NCBI GenBank assembly: GCA_963762075.1
Contig: CAVXJC010000006.1
Location: 503,943 to 567,942 of the forward strand
Source of the DNA: an uncultured Actinomycetes bacterium
Lineage (GTDB): Bacteria > Actinomycetota > UBA4738 > HRBIN12
Reading direction: 5' to 3'
Length of the DNA stretch: 64,000 bases
Each line of letters begins with the position of its first letter. Positions within the stretch are counted from its first letter, which is position 1. Both the position numbers and the translations under genes were made by a program. Under the pieces are notes generated by a model. The model had not been told where the DNA came from, ran no database searches, and worked only from the letters and a program-made list of their open reading frames with translations. This document shows positions 37,443 to 48,737 of this stretch, in pieces.

Positions 37443-38792
37443 ATGCCGGGGGGCCTCCTCACCGATCTGTACGAGCTGAACATGGCGGCCAGCTACCTGC
37501 GTCGCGACATGAACCACGCCGCGACGTTCAGCCTCTACGTGCGAGGTCTGCCGAAAGCGCGGGGCTTCTTGGTCGCGGCCGGACTCGAAGCGTGCATCGA
37601 GTTCCTGGAGTCGTTCTCCTTCACCGATGCCGAGCTCGAGGTGCTCGGTTCGATGGGCTTCGACGACCGCGCGCTCGCCGACTTCTCGACGCTGCGCTTC
37701 GAGGGCGAAGTCTGGGCCGTTCCAGAGGGACGCATCGTGCATTCCGAGGAGCCGTTGCTCGAGCTCACGGCTCCGGTCGCCGTGGCGCAGGTGATCGAGA
37801 CCGTGCTGCTGAATCAGATCACGCTGCACACGACGCTCGCATCGAAGGCGGCACGATACGTGACCGCGGCTGAGGGGCGCCGACTCGTCGACTTCGCCTT
37901 CCGACGAACCCACGGTGTGGAAGCCGCGATGGCCGTCGCGAGGTCGAGCGCGCTCGTCGGGTTCGTGGCGACGTCGAACGTCGAGGCGGCCCGCCGGTAC
38001 GGCTTGGCGGTCGCCGGCACCATGGCGCACTCGTTCATCGAGGCGTTCCCGACCGAGGGCGACGCGTTCCGCGCGTTCGCGGAGGATCACCCGAGCCGGA
38101 CGACCTTCCTGGTCGACACGTACGACACGCTCGACGGCGTGCGTGCTGCGATCGGCACGATCGACGACCTGGGGCTCGACGGTGACCTCGGGGTGCGACT
38201 CGACAGCGGCGACCTCGACGCGCTGGCCAGGGGTGCCCGCGCCCTGCTCGACGACGCCGGGCTCCCGCATGCACGCATCTTCGCGAGCGGCGGACTCGAC
38301 GAGCTTGAGGTGCATGAGCTGGTGCAGGCGGGCGCGCCCGTCGATGCCTTCGGTATCGGCACGCAGATGGGTGTCTCGGCCGACGCCCCGTACATCGACT
38401 CCGTGTACAAGCTCGTGGAGTTCGACGGGCGCCCGGTGATGAAGCTCTCGTCGGCGAAGGTGAACCCACCGGGCCGTAAGCAGATCTGGCGCCGCCATGA
38501 TGGCGAGCACGCCGACGTGCTCGCGTTGCGGGATGAGCATCGGCCCTCCGGTGCGACGCCGCTCCTGGAGCCGGTGATGCGAGATGGCCGACGGCTCGCG
38601 CCGGCAACGCCACCGGATGCCACACTCGACGCGGCGCGCGCATACTTCGAGGCCGACCTCACCCGCGTGCCACAGAAGGCGCGGCGCCTCACCCACCCCG
38701 AGCATCTGATCGTGCCGCACAGCCCGGCGTTGCGCGCGCTGACCGAGCGCACCCGCGACGAGGCCGAGGCACGATCGGGCGTGGCGAGATGA
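37443..38792 (+). CDS. pncB: Nicotinate phosphoribosyltransferase
   Basis: LTDLYELNMAASY N-terminus and overall NAPRTase pattern. Confidence 0.85.
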   Translation: MPGGLLTDLYELNMAASYLRRDMNHAATFSLYVRGLPKARGFLVAAGLEACIEFLESFSFTDAELEVLGSMGFDDRALADFSTLRFEGEVWAVPEGRIVHSEEPLLELTAPVAVAQVIETVLLNQITLHTTLASKAARYVTAAEGRRLVDFAFRRTHGVEAAMAVARSSALVGFVATSNVEAARRYGLAVAGTMAHSFIEAFPTEGDAFRAFAEDHPSRTTFLVDTYDTLDGVRAAIGTIDDLGLDGDLGVRLDSGDLDALARGARALLDDAGLPHARIFASGGLDELEVHELVQAGAPVDAFGIGTQMGVSADAPYIDSVYKLVEFDGRPVMKLSSAKVNPPGRKQIWRRHDGEHADVLALRDEHRPSGATPLLEPVMRDGRRLAPATPPDATLDAARAYFEADLTRVPQKARRLTHPEHLIVPHSPALRALTERTRDEAEARSGVAR

Positions 38793-38920
38793 GCCGCGCG
38801 ATCGGCGAGCGTGCGCACGGCGTCGACTCGCTCCGCGCAGCCGTCGCGGTTGTGCATCGGCCGCCGCACCCGTAGGGTGCGACGAAGACCCGAACCGACC
38901 CCCCTGGGGAGGGCTCTCGA

Positions 38921-39983
38921 CATGAGGAATGCGTTCCGCCCGTCCATCGCTTGGTTCGGCGCTCGGTTGGCGCTCTCCTTCGTGATGCTGATCGGCGCGG
39001 CGTCGCCGGCGACATCGGCCTTCGTCAACCCCGACGTGGTGAAGGGCACCACGCTGTTCGAGGGCTACGGCTCGGCGACTCACATCGGGTCGCGCAGGCT
39101 TTTCGCATGGTCGAACGAGGTCGGCCGGATCGGCACCGATCTCGCGGCATACGTCGAAACGAACGGCGGCACCCTCACACGCATCAATGCCAGGCGCACG
39201 ACCGCGTACGTGGGCGGTTTCGACCAGGGCACCGATCGGGTGATCTTCCAGCAGACACACGGGGGCGAGTCCGACCTGTTCCTCTACGACATCAGCGACG
39301 ATCGGCGGGTCGCGCTGAAAAGGCTGAACGACGACCAGTGGCAATGGAACCCCTCGATCGACAGCCACCGCGCCACGACTTGGATCGTCTACGGGGTGAA
39401 CCGGTTCGACGGTCCCGCGGCGAAGTGGCGACTCTTCCTCTTCAACGGCGCCACGGGCGAGCGCACCCTGCTCGAAGAGACGACCAACCGATGCGGCTGT
39501 CTGTTCCCGGGCACGATCGCGTACCCGTGGGTCACGTGGGCGGTCGGCGACGACGCGACGGCCTGGCGCTACGACATCCGCACCGGCGAGCGCTCCCCCC
39601 TGCTGCCGACCGATCACGACGAGTACGGCGTGGCGATCACTCCCGAGGGCATCGCCTACGTCGCGCGATCGGGCGATCGGTGCGGTGAGGCCGCCTCGCT
39701 CTACCGCGTGAACCGAAAGGGCGTCCCTTACCTGCTGCACGAGCTCGCCGACGGCAACGAGGCGGCCAACCTGAGCGTGGACTTCATCGGACCCCACGAC
39801 CGGCTGTACTTCGACCGACGCACCTGCCGCAACAGCTCCGCAGACGTGTTGCGCCTGCGGCGCGCGGACCTCGTCGGCGACCCGGCTCGTCCCGCCGCCC
39901 TCACAGCCGGGAACGGACGATCGGGGCCGGGGGGATTCAGGCCGTCGGGAGCCAGCCCGGACGCGTCGCCTCGAACGCGCTGA
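38921..39983 (+). CDS. Secreted hypothetical protein (possible beta-propeller)
   Basis: Signal peptide MRNAFRPSIAWFGARLALSFVMLIGAASPATSA; the low-complexity C-terminus overlaps leuD convergently, so the end is uncertain. Confidence 0.55.
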
Positions 39984-40521
39984 TCTTCTCTTCGTTCCGA
40001 AGAGACAAGCCGATGTCGTCGAGGCCCTCGATCAGGCGCCAGTGGGTGAACTCGTCGATGTCGAACGACTCGTCGAGCCCTGGGGCCCGCACGGCGCGAC
40101 CGGGCAGATCGACCACGATACGGGTGGTGGGGTCATCGAGCACGGCGTCCATGAGGGCTCGAACCGACTCGGCTCGCAACTCGATCGGCAGCACCCCGAC
40201 CTTGAAGCAGTTGTTGCGGAAGATGTCGGCGAAGCTCGGTGCGATCACGGCGCGGAACCCGTAGTCCTCGAGCGCCCAGGGGGCGTGCTCTCGGCTGGAG
40301 CCGCTTCCGAAGTTCGCGCCCGTGATCAAGATGCTCGCCCCGTCGAACCGGGGATCGTTGAGCACGAACCCCGGATCCTTGCGCCACTCGTCGAACAGGA
40401 AGGGTCCGAATCCGCTTCGCTCGATGCGCTTCAGGTACTGGGCAGGGATGATCTGGTCCGTGTCGACGTCGGATCGATCCAGCGGCACGGCCGTGCCTTC
40501 GATGACGGCGATCGGTTCCAT
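39937..40521 (-). CDS. leuD: 3-isopropylmalate dehydratase small subunit
   Basis: ITGANFGSGSSREHAPWAL motif. Confidence 0.95.
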   Translation of the reverse strand: MEPIAVIEGTAVPLDRSDVDTDQIIPAQYLKRIERSGFGPFLFDEWRKDPGFVLNDPRFDGASILITGANFGSGSSREHAPWALEDYGFRAVIAPSFADIFRNNCFKVGVLPIELRAESVRALMDAVLDDPTTRIVVDLPGRAVRAPGLDESFDIDEFTHWRLIEGLDDIGLSLRNEEKISAFEATRPGWLPTA

Positions 40522-40525
40522 CGGT

Positions 40526-41947
40526 TCACACCACCTGCCTGACCGGAAGCTCGTCCGGAGTTCCGAACCGACCGAGCACCGCGGTGGCGGCGGCGACGGC
40601 GGGACTCACCAGATGGGTGCGCCCACCCTTTCCCTGGCGCCCCTCGAAGTTGCGGTTGCTCGTGCTCGCACTGCGCTCGCCAGGGGCAAGGGTATCGGGG
40701 TTCATGCCCAGGCACATCGAGCAGCCTGCTCCGCGCCAATCGAACCCGGCCTCGGTGAATACCACGTCGAGGCCCTCCCGTTCGGCTTGGATCTTCACGG
40801 CAACGCTGCCAGGAACCACCAGTGCTCGCAGGTTCGAGGCGACCTTCCGCCCACCCACGACCTCTGCCGCGAGCCGCAGATCCTCGATGCGCGAATTCGT
40901 GCACGAGCCGAGGAACACCGTGTCGGGTCGGATCTCGCGCATGGGCGTGCCGGGCGTGAGGTCCATGTACGCGAGCGCCCTCGAGGCCGCGTCGCGCTTG
41001 GCCGGCTCGGCGAAGCTGTCGGGCTCGGGGACGACCTGGTCGATCGTCACCGACTGGGCAGGATTCGTGCCCCAGCTCACGAACGGCTTGAGAGAGGTCG
41101 CGTCGAGCTCGACCTCGGCGTCGAAGGTCGCGTCCAGGTCGCTCGGCAACGAGCGCCAATCGTCGAGCGCGGCTTCCCAGTCGGAACCCGTGGGCGCGTG
41201 GGGGCGACCCTCGACGTAGGCGAACGTCGTGTCGTCCGGTGCGACCATACCGGCGCGCGCCCCACCTTCGATCGACATGTTGCAGATCGTCATGCGACCT
41301 TCCATCGACAGCGCCCTGATTGCGGTGCCCCGGTACTCGATCACGTGGCCGACGCCGCCACTCGTGCCGATGCGGTTGATGATGGCGAGGATGATGTCCT
41401 TCGCGCTCACACCCTCCGGAAGCTCTCCCTCGACGGTCACGGCCATGGTCTTGGCGGGGTGTTGGGGAAGCGTCTGCGTCGCGAGCACGTGCTCGACCTC
41501 GCTCGTGCCGATGCCGAACGCGAGCGCACCGAAGGCACCGTGGGTCGATGTATGGGAGTCGCCGCAAACGATCGTCATGCCGGGCTGGGTGTAGCCCATC
41601 TCTGGTCCGATCACGTGCACGATGCCCTGCCCGGCCCCTCCCCAGGGATAGAGCGTGACCCCGAACTCGTCAGCGTTGGTCTGCAGGGCATGCATCTGCC
41701 TCGCGCTTATCTCGTCGGTCACCGGTCCCTCGGTCGTGGGCACGTTGTGGTCCATCGTGGCGACGGTGAGGTCGGGGCGACGGACCGTGCGACCGTGCAT
41801 GCGCAAGCTCTCGAACGCCTGTGGGCTCGTCACCTCGTGCACGAGGTGCAGGTCGACGTAGAGCAAATCGGGCTCGCCCTCGGCACGATGAACGACATGG
41901 CGTTCCCATACCTTCTCCGCCAACGTCTGCGGTGAGCTCTCGGGCAT
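40526..41947 (-). CDS. leuC: 3-isopropylmalate dehydratase large subunit
   Basis: Aconitase-family motifs, [14 protein letters not shown] start. Confidence 0.95.
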   Translation of the reverse strand: MPESSPQTLAEKVWERHVVHRAEGEPDLLYVDLHLVHEVTSPQAFESLRMHGRTVRRPDLTVATMDHNVPTTEGPVTDEISARQMHALQTNADEFGVTLYPWGGAGQGIVHVIGPEMGYTQPGMTIVCGDSHTSTHGAFGALAFGIGTSEVEHVLATQTLPQHPAKTMAVTVEGELPEGVSAKDIILAIINRIGTSGGVGHVIEYRGTAIRALSMEGRMTICNMSIEGGARAGMVAPDDTTFAYVEGRPHAPTGSDWEAALDDWRSLPSDLDATFDAEVELDATSLKPFVSWGTNPAQSVTIDQVVPEPDSFAEPAKRDAASRALAYMDLTPGTPMREIRPDTVFLGSCTNSRIEDLRLAAEVVGGRKVASNLRALVVPGSVAVKIQAEREGLDVVFTEAGFDWRGAGCSMCLGMNPDTLAPGERSASTSNRNFEGRQGKGGRTHLVSPAVAAATAVLGRFGTPDELPVRQVV

Positions 41948-42037
41948 GCGCTCGGTCCTCCGTGCTCTCGAGGAGCCTCTGGTGTGGTCCTCGGACGTTG
42001 TTCCACGATGTGGAACTGTGATACCGATATATGGAAC

Positions 42038-42820
42038 ATGAAGGTAACAGATGCCCATGGAAGCCGCGACATCGCCGAGACCGCCGTCGGCGTGGTCGAC
42101 CGCTGCGTCGCCGTTGTCGATGCGGTCCAGCACGGCGCTCGGTCGCACGCGGCAGTCGCGGCAGCCACGGGGCTGCCTCGCACGACGGCACACAGGCTCC
42201 TCAACTCCCTCGAGCAACACGGCCTGATCGAGCAGATCGGGGGATGGGGATACCGCCTCGGGCCGCGCCTGCTGCAGATCGCGGGCGCCGCGATGCAGGA
42301 ACCGAGTCTTCGTGCGGTCGCACATCCGGTGCTCGAGCGCTTGGCGGAGATCACCGGTGAAAGCGCCCAGCTCTACGTGCGATCGCTCGAGGGACGGATC
42401 TGCGTCGACGGCGTCCAATCGTCGAACGAGCTGAGGACCTTCGTGCAGATCGGTGCCGAGCTGCCCGTCTGGGCAGGCTCAGCGGGCAAGGTGTTCATGG
42501 CGTGGACGGCTGAACCAGCCCGCAGCGAGCTCGTGGCGCGAGCCCGAGCGATCACCCCGGAGACCCCCGTCGGGGGCAGGCTCCGCCAGCAGCTCGCCAC
42601 AGCCCGCCGCCGGGGCTGGGCGTCGAGCGCCGGCGAGCGAGAAAGAGGCGTGGGCTCGCTCAGCGTCCCGGTCCTCGGCCGACACGAGGAACTGATCGCC
42701 GTCGTCTCGATCTCGGGTCCGACCTCACGCGTCTCGCGGATCGGTGCGAAACGCTATGCCCCGGCCGTCATCGCCGCCGCCAACGAGATAGAGGCTGCCC
42801 TCGGCATAGCGCGGAGCTGA
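42038..42820 (+). CDS. IclR family transcriptional regulator (LtbR-like, divergent from leuCD)
   Basis: [22 protein letters not shown] and an IclR effector domain. Confidence 0.8.
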   Translation: MKVTDAHGSRDIAETAVGVVDRCVAVVDAVQHGARSHAAVAAATGLPRTTAHRLLNSLEQHGLIEQIGGWGYRLGPRLLQIAGAAMQEPSLRAVAHPVLERLAEITGESAQLYVRSLEGRICVDGVQSSNELRTFVQIGAELPVWAGSAGKVFMAWTAEPARSELVARARAITPETPVGGRLRQQLATARRRGWASSAGERERGVGSLSVPVLGRHEELIAVVSISGPTSRVSRIGAKRYAPAVIAAANEIEAALGIARS

Positions 42821-42845
42821 CCACCTCGCGTAAGCTCGGGCGCAC

Positions 42846-44417
42846 ATGTCTCGAGTACAGGCCCTGCAGCGCACGGTGGACGGATGGCTCACAGGCGGCC
42901 GCGCCGTCAGGGCATCGATCGCGACCTTCACTGCCGTGGCGCTCATCTCCGCCACGCCCAGCTCGCCGTTCCACCCCGTGTTACCCGAGAGCCAAGGCAA
43001 CGGGCCATTCGGCGTGATCGCTCACGTGCTGTTCCTCGACCGGCTGCCGCATGGCATGTTGATCGGGATCGGCTTCATCGCGATGATCGCGGCGGGGGTC
43101 GCCTTCTTGCTTCTGCTCTGGTCGGCTGAAAGAGGCGACGTGTCCACCAAGACGGTCGTCACCCTCGCGTTGATCTACCACTTCGTGGTGCTGCTGTTGC
43201 CGCTGCTCCTCTCGCGCGATGTCTTCAGCTATGCGATCTACGGGCGCATCTTGAGTCGGTACGGTCAGAACCCCTATGTCAGCACGCCGGCCGACTTCCC
43301 CGCCAACGACATCTCACGGTTCGTCTGGGACGGCTGGCGCGACACCCCTTCGGTCTACGGGCCGGTCTTCGTGTGGCTCGCCGCCGCGATCACCGCGGTG
43401 TTCCGCGGGTTGGTCGATGTCATCGAGGCGTTCCGGGCCGTGGCGGTGGCGGCGAGTCTCGGGTCGCTCTGGTTCGTCGTTCGGCTCGTGGGAAGGGTGC
43501 GGCCGAGCCGGCAGGCGTATGCGGCCGCGATGCTCGGGCTCAATCCGGTGGTGCTGTTCCACACCGTCGGGGGTGGGCATGTCGATGTGCTCGTGATGCT
43601 TGCCGTGGCGGCGGCGATCTACCTCGTCGCCACTCAGCGGGAACTGCCCGCAACGGTCGTGCTGAGCGTCGGAGCATTGGTGAAGATCTCGGCGGCCGTG
43701 CCACTCGCGCTCCTGATCGCGTACGTGGTCACCCGCGCCGAGCCGTCACGCCGCTGGAAGGTCGCCGGCGCCCATATCTGCACCGCTCTGGGCATCGCGT
43801 TCATCGCCGTCGTGCCGTTCATGCAGCGGTCGAACCCCACCCTGGGCATGATGGATCTGATGCAACACGACTCGTGGATCGCGCCACCCGCATTGGTCGA
43901 GCGCCTCTTCGAGGGAGTGGGAACAGTGGTCGCGGGAGATCTCGGCGGCACGGCAGGAGTGGTGGTCGCGCGGATCGGCATGTTCGCGGCACTCGCTGCC
44001 GGACTCTTCACGATCATGCGCCAGGTGGTGCGCCACGCGGGCGAGGGATCGGTCTCGTTCCTAGCGGCCGCGTGGGGGTGGTCCTTCCTGCTCATGATGC
44101 TGTTCTCGCCCACGCTGTTCCCTTGGTACTTCGCCTGGATGCTGCCGGTGGCCTGGGCGCTTCCACGAGTGCCTCGTCGCACGCTCGAACTCTCGTTCAT
44201 CGCGCTCGTCACGGCGCAGCTCACGACCGAGAACTTCCGGCTTCCTGATTGGATGCACGTCGACCTGGCGATCGGGCATCCCATCTTGGTGATCGTGCTC
44301 GTGTGGTTCCTGCGCGATCTCTACCTGCGCCTCACCCATGATGTGCCGCTCGACGCCGAGACCGAAGAGGTGCTGTTGGCGCGGGCCGAGGCGAGGCCAC
44401 CCGCCTACCAGGCGTAG
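42846..44417 (+). CDS. Polytopic membrane protein, DUF2029 / GT87-like putative glycosyl(mannosyl)transferase
   Basis: More than 10 TM segments; DxD-less GT-C-like organisation; FPWYFAW C-terminal motif. Confidence 0.5.
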   Translation: MSRVQALQRTVDGWLTGGRAVRASIATFTAVALISATPSSPFHPVLPESQGNGPFGVIAHVLFLDRLPHGMLIGIGFIAMIAAGVAFLLLLWSAERGDVSTKTVVTLALIYHFVVLLLPLLLSRDVFSYAIYGRILSRYGQNPYVSTPADFPANDISRFVWDGWRDTPSVYGPVFVWLAAAITAVFRGLVDVIEAFRAVAVAASLGSLWFVVRLVGRVRPSRQAYAAAMLGLNPVVLFHTVGGGHVDVLVMLAVAAAIYLVATQRELPATVVLSVGALVKISAAVPLALLIAYVVTRAEPSRRWKVAGAHICTALGIAFIAVVPFMQRSNPTLGMMDLMQHDSWIAPPALVERLFEGVGTVVAGDLGGTAGVVVARIGMFAALAAGLFTIMRQVVRHAGEGSVSFLAAAWGWSFLLMMLFSPTLFPWYFAWMLPVAWALPRVPRRTLELSFIALVTAQLTTENFRLPDWMHVDLAIGHPILVIVLVWFLRDLYLRLTHDVPLDAETEEVLLARAEARPPAYQA

Positions 44418-45376
44418 GCCTCAGGCGCGGGACCCCCGGGACCCGGGAAGATCTCGTCGAGCTTCGCCAGCACCTCGTGGTCGAGCTTGATGTCGAGGGC
44501 ATGCATCGCGTGCAACAGCTGCTCCTCGGTGCGCGGGCCGATGATCGGCGCGGTGACGGCCGGCTGGTGCAGCAACCACGCCAGCGCGACGTGCGCAGGA
44601 TCTTCTCCGAGCTCGGCGCAGAGCGCTTCCCATGGTTCGAGCTTCGAGCGGTTCGCTTCGATCTCGCCGCGCATGTACTCGGTGTCGCGACGGCCTTCGC
44701 CGACCTTCCTCAGTGCACCCGCGAGCAAGCCACCCGACAGAGGGCTCCACGGGATAAGCCCCATCCCGTATTCCTGCACCGCCGGGATCACCTCGAGCTC
44801 GAGCGTGCGGGCGCTCAGGTTGTACAGCGACTGCTCGGTCGCGAGGCCGAGCGAACCGCGGTCGCGTGCGATCTCGTTGCCGCGCGCGATGTGCCAACCG
44901 GCGAAATTCGATGAGCCAACATAGAGGATCTTGCCGGTGCGCTTCAGCTGCTCCATCGCTTCCCAGATCTCGTCCCACCACGCGTTGCGGTCGATGTGGT
45001 GCATCTGATACAGGTCGATTCGATCGGTGCCGAGGCGGCGAAGCGACTCCTCGCATTGGCGAACGATCGCGAGCTTCGACAGGCGCGCCTCGTTGGGCCA
45101 GTCCCCCATCGTGCCGTACACCTTCGTGGCCAGCACGACCTTGTCGCGGCGACCACCCCCCTTGGCCACCCAGCGTCCGATGATCTCCTCGGTCGCCCCC
45201 ACACCGAGGTGGCGCCCGTACACGTTGGCCGTGTCGAAGAAGTTGATGCCGTTGGCGATCGCCGCGTCCATGATCGTGAGCGAATCGGGTTCGGACGCGT
45301 GCGGCCCGAAGTTCATGGTGCCGAGGCAGAGACGTGAGACGACCAGCCCGAGTCGTCCGACGTGGGTGTATTCCAT
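44405..45376 (-). CDS. Aldo/keto reductase
   Basis: LGTMNFG and FDTANVYG motifs, catalytic tetrad context. Confidence 0.85.
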   Translation of the reverse strand: MEYTHVGRLGLVVSRLCLGTMNFGPHASEPDSLTIMDAAIANGINFFDTANVYGRHLGVGATEEIIGRWVAKGGGRRDKVVLATKVYGTMGDWPNEARLSKLAIVRQCEESLRRLGTDRIDLYQMHHIDRNAWWDEIWEAMEQLKRTGKILYVGSSNFAGWHIARGNEIARDRGSLGLATEQSLYNLSARTLELEVIPAVQEYGMGLIPWSPLSGGLLAGALRKVGEGRRDTEYMRGEIEANRSKLEPWEALCAELGEDPAHVALAWLLHQPAVTAPIIGPRTEEQLLHAMHALDIKLDHEVLAKLDEIFPGPGGPAPEAYAW

Positions 45377-45386
45377 GCGCGCCAGT

Positions 45387-46673
45387 TTACGTCGAGGCCG
45401 CTGTACGCCCTGGGACTGCCTCCGGCTCGGCGAGCCGTCCGTCGCGCTCCGGATCTCGCGCTCCGCGAACGAACATGAACGCGATCGTGATGACCGCGCC
45501 GAGCACACCCGCGCCGATCAGCGTGGCATCGACGCCGAAGGCCGAGGCCAACGGTCCGACGATCGCGAACGAGAGCGGCACCCCCGCGATCGAGATCATC
45601 CAGTCGAGGCTGATCACGCGTCCGAGCAGATGCCGGGGGACGAGGCGCTGCAGCATCGTGTACCAGAGCACGACCAGCAGCGCGATCGATCCTTCCGCGA
45701 TGAAGCCGAACACCATCGCCTGCCAGATCGCGGTCGCCACGCCGAAGCCTGCGGTCATCAGCATGCCAACGGCCCATGCCACGTACATGATGGTGAGCGG
45801 ACGGCGCGGCAGGGTTCCCCGCTGACCCATCGTGAGGCCGACGAGCACCGATCCGAGGCCGCCTGCGCCGAATACGAGTCCGAGCGCGATCTCGTCGCCG
45901 TGAAGATCGTTCGTCACCACGTAGGGCACCAGCACCTCCCACGGTCCCCAGACGCAGAGCAGGCTCACGGTGGCGGCGACCAAGGCTGCCCAGATCCACG
46001 TCTGACCGCGCACGTACCGGATGCCTTCGCCGATCTCGGCCCATAGACCCGCTGATTCGCCTTCGTTCGAGACGTGCCTGGTTCGGATCGAGAAGATCAT
46101 CGCTGCCGACCAAGCGAACGTGACGCCGTCGACGAGGAAGGCACCACCCACGCCGATGAGTCCGCTCAAGACACCACCGATGACAGGGCCGAGGAACAAC
46201 ATCGAAGCGGGGCGAACGATCTGCGCGAGGGAGTTCGCCTCGACGAGCAGGTCCTCCGGCACGATCGTCGGAAGGATCGACGAGAACGCCGGTTGGAAGA
46301 TCGCCTGTCCGGCGCCGAACAAGACCACGAGCCCGAGGAGCAGGGGCATCGTCAGCTCACCGGCGATCGACAGCAGGCCGATCGCGCTGATCGTTCCGAG
46401 TCGGATCAGGTCGCCGGCGATCATGAGCCGGCGCCGATCCAGCCGGTCGGAGAGGGCGCCACTCGCGAGCATCAGCACGACCTGTGGAGCGCTCCAGGCG
46501 AGTCCCACCATGGCCAGAGCGCTCGGGCCTTCCGATATCTCGAACACCTGCAACGCCATCGCCACGACGTAGATGCCGTCGCCGACCATCGAGACCGTCA
46601 TGCCGATCCACAGCAGACGGAAATCGCGGATCGCGAGCGGACGAACGACACCGAGTCGATGCAACTGGCTCAC
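45387..46673 (-). CDS. MFS transporter
   Basis: 12 TM segments with MFS loop motifs. Confidence 0.8.
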   Translation of the reverse strand: MSQLHRLGVVRPLAIRDFRLLWIGMTVSMVGDGIYVVAMALQVFEISEGPSALAMVGLAWSAPQVVLMLASGALSDRLDRRRLMIAGDLIRLGTISAIGLLSIAGELTMPLLLGLVVLFGAGQAIFQPAFSSILPTIVPEDLLVEANSLAQIVRPASMLFLGPVIGGVLSGLIGVGGAFLVDGVTFAWSAAMIFSIRTRHVSNEGESAGLWAEIGEGIRYVRGQTWIWAALVAATVSLLCVWGPWEVLVPYVVTNDLHGDEIALGLVFGAGGLGSVLVGLTMGQRGTLPRRPLTIMYVAWAVGMLMTAGFGVATAIWQAMVFGFIAEGSIALLVVLWYTMLQRLVPRHLLGRVISLDWMISIAGVPLSFAIVGPLASAFGVDATLIGAGVLGAVITIAFMFVRGARDPERDGRLAEPEAVPGRTAAST

Positions 46674-46711
46674 GGTTCCGAGGCCCTCACGCTGTCGACC
46701 TTCCCGATCCC

Positions 46712-47233
46712 TCAGTCCCAGAGGTCGATCTGCGGCAGCCCCGAGAGCCCGAGCGTCTCGTTCAGCTCAGCGACGTGGTAGACGTCGTGGCTGAAGACCC
46801 GCTGGATCACCGAGCCGCGGGTGTATGTGCGCTCCTCATCGCCCCATGCGCGACGGATCTCCTCGTCGAGCATGTCCAGGGTCCATCGGTCGAGGCAGCC
46901 CTCGACGATGCGGAAGGTTGACTCGAGCGCCTCGACGAGCTGCCGGGCGTCGAGCACGTGCTCGAGGTCGTCGTCTCCCGGACAGTCGTACGCGGCGTTC
47001 GTGAAGCGCGTTGCCTCTGCGCCTGGCTCGCCGGCGAAGTCACAGAGCCAGAACACTCGCTGACAGGCGGCGTGGCCTATGCTCGCCCAGATCGGCCAGC
47101 GTTCGGGCGAGAGGCTGATAGCGAGATGTTCCTCGGTCATCGCCCCGACGGAATCGCTGAGGAGCTTGTTGTACCAGGGCCACTTACTGAAGGCGGGGCG
47201 GATGATGGTGGACGTGCTCATGACGTGCACCAT
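46712..47233 (-). CDS. DinB/YfiT-like metal-dependent protein
   Basis: His pattern characteristic of the DinB_2 superfamily (ASIGHAA...HDVYH). Confidence 0.55.
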   Translation of the reverse strand: MVHVMSTSTIIRPAFSKWPWYNKLLSDSVGAMTEEHLAISLSPERWPIWASIGHAACQRVFWLCDFAGEPGAEATRFTNAAYDCPGDDDLEHVLDARQLVEALESTFRIVEGCLDRWTLDMLDEEIRRAWGDEERTYTRGSVIQRVFSHDVYHVAELNETLGLSGLPQIDLWD

Positions 47234-47285
47234 ACGCTCCCGGCTGCGTGGGATACCCCTCGCTGCGGAGCCGCGCTGATGAACG

Positions 47286-47360
<75 letters not shown>

Positions 47361-47575
47361 GTTGTGCCTGGCAGCGCAGCATACCGGTCGGAGGAGGTCT
47401 CGGCCATGGCTGAGCATCTGACAGCCCCTGGGCCCGGAGGGCCGGCGGCGACTTTGGCCGCTTGACACGACAGGCAGGCGAGGGGCATGTTGATTGGATG
47501 AGTTGGTCCCCCCGGCCGGCTACACCCAGTTGGCTGTTCTGGCAGGGAACCCATCACGAATGGAGGAGACATCGG

Positions 47576-48295
47576 ATGAGGTTTCGCTCGCTCGTCATCA
47601 CGGCCCTGGCCATTGCATTCCTGTCACCCAGTTCGGCGCTGGCGAACCACCGCAGCCGGCCGGCCGAGATCACCGCGCCGACCTGCAGGCTGCCCGAGTC
47701 TGATGCCGAGGCACTCGAGATACTGAGCAACTACTACCCCGGGTACTGGTGGGATCACACGGACCTGACGATCGCGGTCCAAGCCCACCCGAAAGCGACC
47801 AACAAGCAGGTGAGGGCGATCCATGGTGCCATCGAGACCTGGTCCGACGTCCTGCTTTCCTGCTTCGACGGACTCATCACCCTGACGGATGTCACGGGGT
47901 CCGGGAACAATCCCCAGCAGGCTGCCGACATCGTCGTTCACTACGTCCCACGTGCCGGCGGTGTTGTCTTCGGCGGGTACGCGATCTGCGGCGCCCATGG
48001 ATGCCCGAACATCCTCGTGCGTTCCGACCTTCCCCCAAGCCTCGAGCGCGATCCTTACGAACCCGAGTACCTCGGATGGGTGACACTCCACGAGATCGGA
48101 CATGCGCTTGGACTTGGGCACGCGACCAACCTGCTCGAGAGCATCGACCTGATGGGATATGGCTGGCCCGATCTGGGGGAACCGATCCTGTCCGACTGTG
48201 ACATCGACGCTCTCGCCTTCGTGTTCGCATGGGCACTCGAGGGTAGCGACCCTCATCCGCCAGCGGAGGGTCCCTACGATTGCTCACTCGACTGA
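47576..48295 (+). CDS. Secreted zinc metalloprotease (HExxHxxGxxH; M10/M7-like)
   Basis: Signal peptide MRFRSLVITALAIAFLSPSSALA; HEIGHALGLGH; GGAGGAG RBS. Confidence 0.75.
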   Translation: MRFRSLVITALAIAFLSPSSALANHRSRPAEITAPTCRLPESDAEALEILSNYYPGYWWDHTDLTIAVQAHPKATNKQVRAIHGAIETWSDVLLSCFDGLITLTDVTGSGNNPQQAADIVVHYVPRAGGVVFGGYAICGAHGCPNILVRSDLPPSLERDPYEPEYLGWVTLHEIGHALGLGHATNLLESIDLMGYGWPDLGEPILSDCDIDALAFVFAWALEGSDPHPPAEGPYDCSLD

Positions 48296-48727
48296 TCCCC
48301 TGTCGAGCAGGCGTCCTTGCCCCGAGGGGCCAACCAGTTCGTCCACCAAGAGCCTGACGCGGCCGTCGATCTCATCGCGGATCGGTCGTATCTCTGAGAC
48401 GGACTTTCCTGCTGGGTCGGGTAGCTCCCAGTCCAGGTAACGCTTGCCGGTGAAGATCGGGCAGGCGTCGCCGCATCCCATCGTGATGACGACATCAGCA
48501 GCCTGGACGACTTCGGTGGTGAGCGGTTTCGGGAACTCCTTCGAGAGATCAAGGCCGATCTCATCCATGACCGCGATGACGGCCGGGTTGATCTCATCGG
48601 CGGGAGTGCTTCCGGCCGATCGTACCTGCACTCGACCCTGCGCGTGATGGTCGAGCAATGCCGCTGCCATCTGGGAGCGTCCGGCGTTGTGTACGCACAC
48701 GAAGAGGACCTCAGGGACTTCCTTCAC
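48284..48727 (-). CDS. arsC: Arsenate reductase, LMW-PTP family
   Basis: P-loop CVHNAGRS (CX5R) and downstream Cys pair. Confidence 0.85.
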   Translation of the reverse strand: MKEVPEVLFVCVHNAGRSQMAAALLDHHAQGRVQVRSAGSTPADEINPAVIAVMDEIGLDLSKEFPKPLTTEVVQAADVVITMGCGDACPIFTGKRYLDWELPDPAGKSVSEIRPIRDEIDGRVRLLVDELVGPSGQGRLLDRGSVE

Positions 48728-48737
48728 GCCGATCCCC

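Noticed and set aside
37428-39797. Upstream ~790 aa of the 909-aa minus-strand ORF 37068-39797
   Set aside because: Only the last ~119 aa (the HExxH peptidase, 37068-37427) look like protein. The rest is antisense to pncB and the secreted-protein gene.
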